Assembly: GCA_963662465.1 (NCBI GenBank)
Contig: OY759599.1
Location: forward strand, 4,576,001-4,640,000
DNA: 64,000 bases
Reading direction: 5' to 3'
Source of the DNA: Desulfatiglandales bacterium
GTDB lineage: Bacteria; Desulfobacterota; DSM-4660; Desulfatiglandales; Desulfatiglandaceae
Of this stretch, positions 50,656-59,857 are shown in pieces. The notes below the pieces were generated by a model. That model was not told where the DNA came from. It made no database searches and was given only the letters and a program-made list of their open reading frames with translations. The position numbers were made by a program, and so were the translations under genes. Position 1 is the first letter of the stretch. Each line of letters opens with the position of its first letter.

Positions 50656-52175
50656 TATAAAAGTCGCTCCACCGCCGCCCTGAAACTTTTCATTGCAAGC
50701 GGTTTTTCAAGAAAATCCGATGCGCCCAGACGCATGGCTTCCAGAACGTTTTCCTTTTCTCCAAAGCCCGTCACCATAATAACCCTGCAGTCAGGATTGA
50801 TCTCTCGAACCTTTTTCAATAATTCCAGACCACTCATGCCGGGCATATTGATATCGGTGATGAGTAACGGAAAAGGCTTTTTCCGGAATGCCTCAAGGGC
50901 CTTTTCCGGGTCTCCATACCCTTCGCACCCCAGGTTCATCCCCCGCAGAAATCTCATCATAATATCCACCAGCATCGGTTCATCGTCCACCACCATGATG
51001 CGGTTGGAATCCTTCCGCATGACCGCTAAACATTCGTCCACGACCCTGGCATCATAGCTGCTACCCCTTCCCCGGTTCAATTCTTCAATGACGATCTTTT
51101 TGGGAAGGGCGGGCCGGTAAGGCCTGTGGGTAATCATGGCGTCCACCACATCGGCCACCGCCAGAATGCGCGCCCAGGGGTGAATCTCCGCATCCTTAAG
51201 TCCGTGAGGATACCCTTTTCCGTCCAGCCGTTCATGGTGCTGCGATACCACCTCGGCCACGGGCCACGGAAACGGGATGCGATGCAGGGCCTGAAATGCC
51301 GTTTCAGGGTGCCGGCGGATAATGCCGAACTCGTTGTCGGACAACTTCCCCGGCTTGCTCAGGATACCCGATGAGATAACGACCTTTCCCAGATCGTGGA
51401 GTATGCCGCAAACCTTGAGGCCTTCGATGTCTTCCGCGGACATCCCCATTCTTTCCGCAATGCGAACCGCCAACTCCGTGACCCCTCGGGCATGCCCGGC
51501 CGTATAGGGATCACGGCTTTCCAGCAGTTCACTGATGGCCTGGGTGGTACCCACGAAGCTGGAGGTGAGTTCTTCGGTTTTCTCCCTAACCAGGCTCTCC
51601 AGTCTATCGTTCAATCCCTGGAGTTCAGCCTGGGTGTTCCTGAGCTGTCGGTTCTGTTCCAGAGCATTCTGATAGATAGAAAAAAAGAGGGTCAGGATCT
51701 GTTCGTGCCGGGAAGTTACCCGATGGATTTTGCCATCTACGAGGAGATCGAATTCTTTCGGTGTCTCCGGGGTTCTTTCTCCGGGAGGTGCATTTAAAAT
51801 GGCCTTCACGGATGAAAGAAAAAAGGTCTCATCATAGGGTTTGATCATATAGTAATCGGCGCCGGCGTTAATGGCCCGCACCACATCTTCCGGATTGGAG
51901 AGCGATGAAATAAGCATGATGGGGATTTTCCCGAGCAATGGATCGTGCTTTACGGCATGGGTCATCTCGCATCCGTCCATCTCCGGCATGACGATATCGC
52001 TGACAATGAGCGCCGGTTGTCGCTTGCCCGCTGCCGCAAGCCCTTCAATGCCGTTGACGGCCACCATAGTGGAATACCCCTGCTCATCCAGGATAAATTT
52101 AAATTGCGCCGCCTGTGTGGGGCTGTCTTCCACAATCAGAATGTCAAGTGGGTCTATCATCATCTTTTCCTTCAT
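50655..52175 (-). CDS. REC - HD-GYP phosphodiesterase - REC
   Basis: RDPYTAGH, LHDLGK, HHERLDGKGYP, ADVVDAM, RPYR. Confidence 0.92.
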   Translation of the reverse strand: MKEKMMIDPLDILIVEDSPTQAAQFKFILDEQGYSTMVAVNGIEGLAAAGKRQPALIVSDIVMPEMDGCEMTHAVKHDPLLGKIPIMLISSLSNPEDVVRAINAGADYYMIKPYDETFFLSSVKAILNAPPGERTPETPKEFDLLVDGKIHRVTSRHEQILTLFFSIYQNALEQNRQLRNTQAELQGLNDRLESLVREKTEELTSSFVGTTQAISELLESRDPYTAGHARGVTELAVRIAERMGMSAEDIEGLKVCGILHDLGKVVISSGILSKPGKLSDNEFGIIRRHPETAFQALHRIPFPWPVAEVVSQHHERLDGKGYPHGLKDAEIHPWARILAVADVVDAMITHRPYRPALPKKIVIEELNRGRGSSYDARVVDECLAVMRKDSNRIMVVDDEPMLVDIMMRFLRGMNLGCEGYGDPEKALEAFRKKPFPLLITDINMPGMSGLELLKKVREINPDCRVIMVTGFGEKENVLEAMRLGASDFLEKPLAMKSFRAAVERLL

Positions 52176-52205
52176 TATACTTATTTAAGGCATGATATTG
52201 GGAAT

Positions 52206-54518
52206 CTAAGCGAGCTTGTACTGGGCCACAATGGCCTTGATTTCTTCTGCCAGTTCGTTAAGTCCGGCTGCCGCCTTCTCAGCCTGCTGAGTCCCTGCTT
52301 CCGTCTGGCCGGCCGCCTGGTCGATGCTTTCCATGGCCGAATTCACCTGGTCCATGCCCGCCAGCTGCTGGCGCGTACTGGCGGCAATCTGCCGGGCCGC
52401 TTCCTCTACCTTCTGAATGCGGCTCGCGATGGCTTCAATGGCCTCTCCCGTGGAGCGGGCCAGCTGTTGTCCCACCTCGGTACGCCTGGTCCCTTCTTCC
52501 GTCACCATGACAGCGGTATTGGTGGCTTTCTGAATGTCTCCCAGGATATCTTTTACCTGGGCCGTGGCCTGGCGCGACTGTTCCGCCAGGCTCCGGACTT
52601 CCCCCGCCACCACGGCGAACCCTTTTCCCGCCTCCCCCGCACGGGCCGCTTCAATAGCCGCATTCAACGCCAGCAGGTTGGACTGATCCGCGATATCGTT
52701 CACAGTGGCGATGATCGCCCCGATCTGCTGGGTCTGTTCACTGAGGGCCAGGATGGTCTCAGCGATATTGGCCACCTGCTCTTTGATGTTGTCCATTCCC
52801 GTTACGGTTTCCTTGACCGCCTCAAGGCCCCGCTTTGAAGCCTCCGTGGACTCCTCCACCATGCGGGACACCAGTGTCACCCGTTCATGTGACTGTTCCG
52901 CCGTCTGACGAACTTCCTGCACCGTCGTGCTGGTCTCGTTGACCGAGGCCGCCTGCTGGCTGACGGTGGCGGCCTGCTGGCTGGTGGTGGCCAGGATCTC
53001 ACTGGCCGCCGAAGAAATATTAGAAGTGGCTTCCCGCATGCGGGTAGCGAGATTGCGAAGTCCACTGGTCATAGCGTTGAGGTTCATGCCCAGGATGTCC
53101 AGATCGTCCTGACCGGTCACCGTTAACTGCCCGGTCAAATCCCCCTTGCCCACTTTTTCCACAAAGGTCACGTAGTTTCGAACCGTATCTTCCAGATACG
53201 CCTTCACCTTTCGTTCTTCAGCCGCCTTTTGCTCCACGTCCTCCATGGAGGTTTTCAGTTTTAGCACCATGCCGTTAAACGCATCGGCCAGAATGCGCAG
53301 CTCATCTTTTGATGTCACATGGGCTTCCACATCCAGCTTGCCGGATCTCACGGCCTGGGCCGTGTTCGTGATCTGTCGTATCGGCCGTGACAGGGTGGCG
53401 GCGATCCATAAGGCAAGAAGGGCCACGATGGCCGCCGCAACGCCACCGATCACCCAGGTCATATTCCGGAGATGCCGGGACAATGCAAAGGCGTTGGCTT
53501 CATCCACCTCGGCCAGGATGGCCCATTTCAACCCCCCCATGTTGAGGGGGGCATAGGAAGATAGCACCTTTTTTCCTCTATAATCCATGACCAGACCTGT
53601 ACCGCTTTCACCGGCCAGGGCCTTGCGGGAAGCCTCAGTATCCACGCCGTTTTCCGCAACGGTTCCCACCAGGGAAGCCTTCACCGAATGGGTTTCCCGA
53701 TTCAGAAGAGAATCCGATCGCATCCGTTTATCCGGTCCCACCAGGTAGGATTCTTCCCCCTTGGCGATTTTGGAACCAGAGGTCATGATATCGTTGATCA
53801 GGGTAAAGGGAATCTGATATACGAGGCTGCCGGCACGGACCGGACCGTTGTATATGGGCGCACCGGCGAACATGGCCGGTTCACCGTCCATGAGGCCCAC
53901 ATCCGCAAAGATAACATCACCATTTTTGGCGGATTTCAGTTGTTGAAAAAGATTCCCCAGGTTGGTGTCCTTGAAAACATCCGATGTGATATTCAGGCCG
54001 AAAATCTTTCCCTTGTTGGTGCTGTAAACCACATTTCCCTCATTGTTCACCAGGATAACATCCTCAATTTCCAGTATTTTCTTGTGTCCGGGAAGAGAGG
54101 CGTGACGCTCCTGATGGATTGCACTGTATCCGCTGCCGTCTTCCGCATTGAGAACGTCCGGTTTTCCCAGGTAGAGCGAACGAACTTTCTCCGGCCCCAC
54201 GAAGCGAAATCCATTGGTTAGATCTCCTATGCCATAAACGACATCCGGTTCTTTGGACATCTGGGCTAGATCCGCCACCCATCGCTCTATATTCCGGGTG
54301 ATTTGGCTCTTCTTCAGAAATGTTTCTTCCGCCATCTGAGAAAACGCCTCCTGACGCAGTGCCTTCTGGGCTTCCTCATAAAAAAGCACCCCCAGAACCG
54401 CAAGCGGGACCAGTGAAAACAACAGAAACCATACTAAGAGTTTTCCCTGAATGCTTCGAAAAAAATTGAGTGACCCCGCGGTTTCAACGGACATGTTCAC
54501 GCCTTCATCTTTCATCAT
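52206..54518 (-). CDS. Methyl-accepting chemotaxis protein (Cache sensor, HAMPs)
   Basis: [34 protein letters not shown]; two TM. Confidence 0.95.
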   Translation of the reverse strand: MMKDEGVNMSVETAGSLNFFRSIQGKLLVWFLLFSLVPLAVLGVLFYEEAQKALRQEAFSQMAEETFLKKSQITRNIERWVADLAQMSKEPDVVYGIGDLTNGFRFVGPEKVRSLYLGKPDVLNAEDGSGYSAIHQERHASLPGHKKILEIEDVILVNNEGNVVYSTNKGKIFGLNITSDVFKDTNLGNLFQQLKSAKNGDVIFADVGLMDGEPAMFAGAPIYNGPVRAGSLVYQIPFTLINDIMTSGSKIAKGEESYLVGPDKRMRSDSLLNRETHSVKASLVGTVAENGVDTEASRKALAGESGTGLVMDYRGKKVLSSYAPLNMGGLKWAILAEVDEANAFALSRHLRNMTWVIGGVAAAIVALLALWIAATLSRPIRQITNTAQAVRSGKLDVEAHVTSKDELRILADAFNGMVLKLKTSMEDVEQKAAEERKVKAYLEDTVRNYVTFVEKVGKGDLTGQLTVTGQDDLDILGMNLNAMTSGLRNLATRMREATSNISSAASEILATTSQQAATVSQQAASVNETSTTVQEVRQTAEQSHERVTLVSRMVEESTEASKRGLEAVKETVTGMDNIKEQVANIAETILALSEQTQQIGAIIATVNDIADQSNLLALNAAIEAARAGEAGKGFAVVAGEVRSLAEQSRQATAQVKDILGDIQKATNTAVMVTEEGTRRTEVGQQLARSTGEAIEAIASRIQKVEEAARQIAASTRQQLAGMDQVNSAMESIDQAAGQTEAGTQQAEKAAAGLNELAEEIKAIVAQYKLA

Positions 54519-54536
54519 GGTTTATCCTCCGGAAGG

Positions 54537-55739
54537 TCAATACGTGGGCTGCCATTTGCCATCCTTGACCTTGATAATGTGGATGGTTCGAATGCCGTCT
54601 CCCTTTTTGTCAAAAACCATCATGCCGGCAGTGCCCCGCCACATTTTCATGTGAGCCAGACCCTCACGGATTTTGTTGCGGTTTTCCTGAACCTGGGCCG
54701 GATCACTGGTGATTCCTTCTTTCCTCATGATATTCACCAGAAACTGCAGGATATCGTACACCACCACATCGAACTGTTCCGCCTGACATTCCATGTCCGC
54801 GTATTTTTCTTTGCATCGCTTTGAAAATGCGTTCACATATTTGGAGACTTGAGGATTGGGGTCGCTCGGGTTAAACAGGGCGTTGGACCACACCCCTTCC
54901 GCCGCTTCCCCGGCCAGTTGGATGACGGTGGGTGTCCCCACGGTACTCCCCCCCAGGATCGGTTGGATCAACCCGCTAAGCCGTATTTCCTTAATGAGGG
55001 CGCCGGCCTCAAAAGGAAAAGCGGCAATACAGATACCGTCCGGTTTCAACGCCTGCACCTTTTTCACCTGTTCGCTGAAATTCTTTTCCCCGGTTTCAAA
55101 AGTAATGGGGTTTTCCAGGTCCAAAACCTTGACGTTTTGATCCTTGAATATCCTGGGCCACAGTTTTTCCCCAAGTGGTCGAGTAGACACATCCTTTCGG
55201 TCATACAGGATGGCAACGGTTTTGATGTGATTGGCCTTTATCCATGCTTGAGCTACGCTCACCTCTTTTTTTTCGGCGCTGACGGTCATGCGAAAGGCAT
55301 AGGGATATGCTTTGAGATCGCTCAGCCCCGGTTTAGAAGATGCAGTGGCAATAATAGGCACCTTCTCCTCGTTGGTCACTGAACGAAGGGTTTCAAAAGT
55401 ACCGCTGAAAAGCGGCCCGATCACGGCCAGAACCCGGTCCGAATTTGCCAGTTCCCGGTAGGCGGTGGTGGCCTTTGCCGCGTCCCCGCCCGTATCGAGG
55501 GCGAACATTTCCACCGGTGTTCCGTTCACCCCGCCCCGAAGGTTTATTTTTTCAACGGCCATCTCCATTGCCACAATCTGTTTCTTCCCCCAGTCCGGGC
55601 TGGGGCCGGTCATAGGCGCCAGAAGCCCCACTTTGATAGGACCTGGTTCCGCCGCGGCCGGACAGAGGAAGAACAACATCATGAAACCCATCAACGCCAT
55701 TACAATGGCCAAACTTTTAACCAAATTTTTCATAACCAT
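54537..55739 (-). CDS. Periplasmic binding protein, branched-chain amino acid (LivJ/K) family
   Basis: Signal peptide; IKVGLLAPMTG; IN..GGV.G; VIGP; no permease genes nearby. Confidence 0.9.
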   Translation of the reverse strand: MVMKNLVKSLAIVMALMGFMMLFFLCPAAAEPGPIKVGLLAPMTGPSPDWGKKQIVAMEMAVEKINLRGGVNGTPVEMFALDTGGDAAKATTAYRELANSDRVLAVIGPLFSGTFETLRSVTNEEKVPIIATASSKPGLSDLKAYPYAFRMTVSAEKKEVSVAQAWIKANHIKTVAILYDRKDVSTRPLGEKLWPRIFKDQNVKVLDLENPITFETGEKNFSEQVKKVQALKPDGICIAAFPFEAGALIKEIRLSGLIQPILGGSTVGTPTVIQLAGEAAEGVWSNALFNPSDPNPQVSKYVNAFSKRCKEKYADMECQAEQFDVVVYDILQFLVNIMRKEGITSDPAQVQENRNKIREGLAHMKMWRGTAGMMVFDKKGDGIRTIHIIKVKDGKWQPTY

Positions 55740-55779
55740 TTCCCTCCTTAAAAGATTGGATTTCACTTTTTTGTAAAAG

Positions 55780-56169
55780 TCAGTTCTCAACAACTATGAC
55801 GCCTTCCAGAACCCCTTTGCACAAGTTGAGGATCATATCGCCATCCACCGGCTTGTTGAGTACTTCGAATTCCGCGCCCTGGTCGGCCACGTGCTGCAGT
55901 TCCTCAAAGAATTCCCCGTAAAACGCCGTCACAATATAAACCGGAATGTCTTTATTCAGCTTTTGAATTTCACGAAGCGTCTCCACGCCATTCATTCCGG
56001 GCATCTTCAAATCGAGAAAGACCAGGTGGTAGCTTTGGCGTTTTAAAATTTCAATGCCGTCCATACCCGACGACGCCGTGTCCACCTGGTAGCCGCTATC
56101 TTCCAGGGCCAGTTCAAAGGATTTACGAATGGCGTCTTCATCATCAATCACAAGGATTCGTTTTGTCAT
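55780..56169 (-). CDS. Single-domain response regulator
   Basis: ILVIDD, FLDLKMP, VTA, KP. Confidence 0.9.
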   Translation of the reverse strand: MTKRILVIDDEDAIRKSFELALEDSGYQVDTASSGMDGIEILKRQSYHLVFLDLKMPGMNGVETLREIQKLNKDIPVYIVTAFYGEFFEELQHVADQGAEFEVLNKPVDGDMILNLCKGVLEGVIVVEN

Positions 56170-56196
56170 TTTCTCCTCCATCTCATGTCACCTCAA

Positions 56197-58392
56197 TCAC
56201 ACGGGCAACCGCACCGTGAAAACACTCCCTTTACCGACTTCGCTTCGGCATTCAATGGCGCCGCCGTGCTTTTCAATAATTCCCCGGCTCACGGACAATC
56301 CCAAACCTGTTCCTTTACCCACCGGCTTGGTGGTATAGAAAGGATCAAAGATCTTCGCTTCTATATCTTTCGGTATCCCGCTTCCGGTATCCTTCACCCG
56401 GACCCTCACAAAACCGTCCGAATCCCCATCGATGTGAACATCGATGGCACGGGTTTTTGTATCTGTCATGGCATCCAGCGCATTTCCGATGAGGTTCAGG
56501 AAAATCTGTTGGATATTGCCGGCGTTGACGGATACATCCGGACAGCCGGGCGATGTGGTCACGTTGAATGAAACCCCATCCTTTTCAATGCGATAGGAAA
56601 GGAGTTTGTGCACACGTTCAATGATTTCCCCGCAGCTGATCCGTTCAGTGTTGCCTTCATCATCCGGCCTCATGCGGCAAAAGGTCTGCAGGTTCTTAAC
56701 GATATCGATACACCGCCGCGTTTCCCGCTCCATGTCATGAAGAACCGAAAAGAGCTTGGATTCCGGATCCACATGTTTTTTGCAGTACTGCGCAAAATTG
56801 AGCATCCCCATCATGGGATTGTTCAGTTCGTGGGCGATCCCCGCCGTCAGCGTTCCCAGCGCCCCCAGTTTCTCCGCCTGAATCAACTGGGCCTGAGACT
56901 CTTTCAGGGCTACAGTACGCTCCTCCACCCGCTTTTCCAGATTGTCATGGGCGCTTTTGAGCTGATTTTCCGTCTCTTTAAGAAGGCTGATGTCCACAAA
57001 GCTCTCCAGCAGGTGACGTCGGCCTTTGAGGATGATGGGCGCCACGGTTTTGAGAATGGGCACTTCCCTGCCATCGCCGGTAATGAGAATCCGTTCCGAA
57101 TTGTCCACTTCCTCATGGAGATCGGTAATGGGACATCGCCCGATTTCCGCGGGGCATATGAACTGATGACAAAGGGAGCCCAGCACCTTTTCTCCCTCAA
57201 CGCTGATCATTTTGATGGCGGTCGGGTTGGCATCCACAATCAAATGGTTCTCAGGATCAATCACCACAATACCGGCGGAAGCATAATCGAAAATGATCCG
57301 CATCTGCGCCTCCCGTTCCGCCAAATCCTTTTCCATCTGTTTCCGCACTGAGATGTCCCGAATGACCCCTACGGTCCCCATGAAATCCCGGCTTTCCGCA
57401 TTGGGGTTGATCTCCCACATGCCGGAACTGTTCACCTCCACGATCAGATAATCGGAACTGAGCGCCTCAATGTATCCCGGCTCAGAGGATGCCTTGTTCC
57501 GGGGCACCAGGCAAACTTCAAGCCCTTCAGTTTTTCGTATCCCCGTCCGCTGTTCATTAAAAAGTTTGGGCGCCTTTTTATCGCCGGTTTTTGTTCCCTT
57601 TAATTTTTCCAGAACCATTGCACGGTCCACCCGCTGAGCATCCGCGGGCATAATGATGATGCTGAAATGCTGACCGATGAGGTCTTCAGGCATATACCCC
57701 AAACGATTGATAGCTTCGTTAACAAAGGTAAATCTACCCTGGGGATCGATACGGTACACAATATCCGGAATGGTCTTGACCAAGCTTCGGAATCGATTTT
57801 CCGAAAACCGCAATTCACAGACCCGATCCTCCAGCTTTTCATTGAGTTCCCGGAGTTCCTCCTGGGCCTTCAAAAGCTCTGTGTTCCGCTGCACGGCATT
57901 TTCGTAAGTGGAGAGCAGCAGGTTCATGATCCGCGTGCTGGTGGAGCGCACTTTCCGAAGCTTTCCCCCGACGACAATCTCGAGCTCCTCCCACTGCTCA
58001 TCTCTTTTCACCACTGGGGTATGGGTCAGGACGTCCTTCACACGGGAGAGCAGGGCGGTTTCATCAAAAGGCTTGGTCAGGTAGTAATCCGCTTTGGCAT
58101 CAAGACCTTTCAGGATATCTTCCGGGTCAGAAAGGGTGGTCAACAAAATGATCGGGATTTGCGCCAGATCCGAATCATCCTTGATGCAGCAGCACATCTC
58201 ATAACCGCTCATTTCGGGCATCATAACGTCGCTGATAATCAAGTGGGGATGCTCTTTCGATGCCGCCTCCAAACCTTGCCGCCCATTTGGGGCCACATGA
58301 ACCCCATAGCCCGCCTGTTCCAGCAGAAACTTGAGGTACATGGACTGGGTGGGACTGTCCTCCACCACCAGAATGCGGGATTTATTAACCAT
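56197..58392 (-). CDS. REC-PAS-PAS histidine kinase
   Basis: EDSPTQ REC, AGIAHELNNP, FYTTKPVGKGTGLGL. Confidence 0.92.
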   Translation of the reverse strand: MVNKSRILVVEDSPTQSMYLKFLLEQAGYGVHVAPNGRQGLEAASKEHPHLIISDVMMPEMSGYEMCCCIKDDSDLAQIPIILLTTLSDPEDILKGLDAKADYYLTKPFDETALLSRVKDVLTHTPVVKRDEQWEELEIVVGGKLRKVRSTSTRIMNLLLSTYENAVQRNTELLKAQEELRELNEKLEDRVCELRFSENRFRSLVKTIPDIVYRIDPQGRFTFVNEAINRLGYMPEDLIGQHFSIIIMPADAQRVDRAMVLEKLKGTKTGDKKAPKLFNEQRTGIRKTEGLEVCLVPRNKASSEPGYIEALSSDYLIVEVNSSGMWEINPNAESRDFMGTVGVIRDISVRKQMEKDLAEREAQMRIIFDYASAGIVVIDPENHLIVDANPTAIKMISVEGEKVLGSLCHQFICPAEIGRCPITDLHEEVDNSERILITGDGREVPILKTVAPIILKGRRHLLESFVDISLLKETENQLKSAHDNLEKRVEERTVALKESQAQLIQAEKLGALGTLTAGIAHELNNPMMGMLNFAQYCKKHVDPESKLFSVLHDMERETRRCIDIVKNLQTFCRMRPDDEGNTERISCGEIIERVHKLLSYRIEKDGVSFNVTTSPGCPDVSVNAGNIQQIFLNLIGNALDAMTDTKTRAIDVHIDGDSDGFVRVRVKDTGSGIPKDIEAKIFDPFYTTKPVGKGTGLGLSVSRGIIEKHGGAIECRSEVGKGSVFTVRLPV

Positions 58393-58816
58393 TGTGCCTC
58401 TCCTGAGATGTCGCCTTGGGTTTAACCTTGACCAGACTCTTGACCTTCAGCAAAAACTCGGTTTCCCAGTTGGGTGGCTCAAAACCAAACCCTTCCGGCT
58501 TTGCCAGCACATCCAGGGCACCGGCCTGAATCGCCTCAAAGGCCACATTTATTTCCCGGAAATTGGTGTTGGCCGTCACCACGATAATGGGCGTGGGATT
58601 TTCCGACATGATCCGCCGGGTGGCCGCCAGCCCATCCATGACCGGCATGGCCACATCCATGGTAATCAGATCCGGTTTCAGGCGGAGGGTCATGTCAATG
58701 GCTTCCAGGCCGTTCACGGCTTCCCCCACCACCTCTATTTCCGGATCAGCATCGAGAAGCTCCTTTAAAATTAGACGGATGGTTTTCGAATCATCCACGA
58801 TCAATATGCGAATCAT
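58385..58816 (-). CDS. Stand-alone CheB-type receiver domain
   Basis: IRILIVDDS, ITMDVAMP; paralogous to the CheB N-terminus, no esterase domain. Confidence 0.85.
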   Translation of the reverse strand: MIRILIVDDSKTIRLILKELLDADPEIEVVGEAVNGLEAIDMTLRLKPDLITMDVAMPVMDGLAATRRIMSENPTPIIVVTANTNFREINVAFEAIQAGALDVLAKPEGFGFEPPNWETEFLLKVKSLVKVKPKATSQERHNG

Positions 58817-59847
58817 AAGATTAACTCCTTAATTTTATGGGCGATCTTATTCAGCGCCAGCACTTCAGTGACCGCACCCATGGCAATGGCTTCCTTGGGC
58901 ATGCCGAAAACAATGGAACTGGCCTCATCCTGGGCGATGGTATAGGCCCCGGCCTGTTTCATGGCGTATAACCCATTGGCACCATCCCTGCCCATTCCAG
59001 TCATCAACACGCCCACAGCGGTCGGACCATACTGTTTTGCCACTGAGTTGAAGAGGGCCGTCACCGAAGGTCGGTGCCCGTCCAATGGATTTTCCACCAG
59101 AAGCGCCACCTTTTTTTGAGGGCTGACCTGCAGATGTACCCCGTCCGGAGCAATGTACACGGTGCCCGACAGGAGGGGTTCCCCCGCATCCGCCAGTTTC
59201 ACCCGCAACGCAATGGTCTCATTGAGCCATCGGGCCAGGCCGCCGGTAAATCCTTTGCTGATATGCTGAACCACCAGCACCGGCACGGAAAAGGTGGCCG
59301 GCAGTTCACCCAAAACCGTCCGAAGGGCCGGCGGTCCGCCCGTTGAGGTGCCGACGGCAAGGATTTGGTATGCCGGTTGAACGGGCCTTGACACCTGATT
59401 GCGGTAACCGACCGGTTCCGGATGTTTCGGGATATGCCATCTGCGCCGGATCACTTTCACATCCGCCATGGCCTTGACCACATTGATGAGTTCATCCGCA
59501 TCCGGGTCATCGCTCCGAAGTCCCCGGGGTTTTCTGATGACCATCAATGCGCCGGACTCCACCCCTTTATAAGTCGCCCCCAGACGAATATCCGATTCGG
59601 TGCTGGTCAGCACCACAATGGGCACCGGGGTTTCAGACATGATCCGGCGAATGGCCTCATAACCGTCCATGTGCGGCATCTGAATATCCATGGTGACCAC
59701 GTTCGGTTGCAGCCGGGCCACCATGGCCACCGCTTCCTCTCCATTTCGCGCTTCTCCCACCACCTTCAGTTCCGGATCGGTGGTCAAAATGGCGCGAATC
59801 AAATGTCTGAGCGTCGGTGAATCATCGACAATTAAGACGTTGATCAT
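58813..59847 (-). CDS. cheB: Chemotaxis methylesterase CheB
   Basis: REC + GTSTGGP, VQHI, HRPS, TGMGRDGA. Confidence 0.95.
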   Translation of the reverse strand: MINVLIVDDSPTLRHLIRAILTTDPELKVVGEARNGEEAVAMVARLQPNVVTMDIQMPHMDGYEAIRRIMSETPVPIVVLTSTESDIRLGATYKGVESGALMVIRKPRGLRSDDPDADELINVVKAMADVKVIRRRWHIPKHPEPVGYRNQVSRPVQPAYQILAVGTSTGGPPALRTVLGELPATFSVPVLVVQHISKGFTGGLARWLNETIALRVKLADAGEPLLSGTVYIAPDGVHLQVSPQKKVALLVENPLDGHRPSVTALFNSVAKQYGPTAVGVLMTGMGRDGANGLYAMKQAGAYTIAQDEASSIVFGMPKEAIAMGAVTEVLALNKIAHKIKELIL

Positions 59848-59857
59848 ATCAACATTC

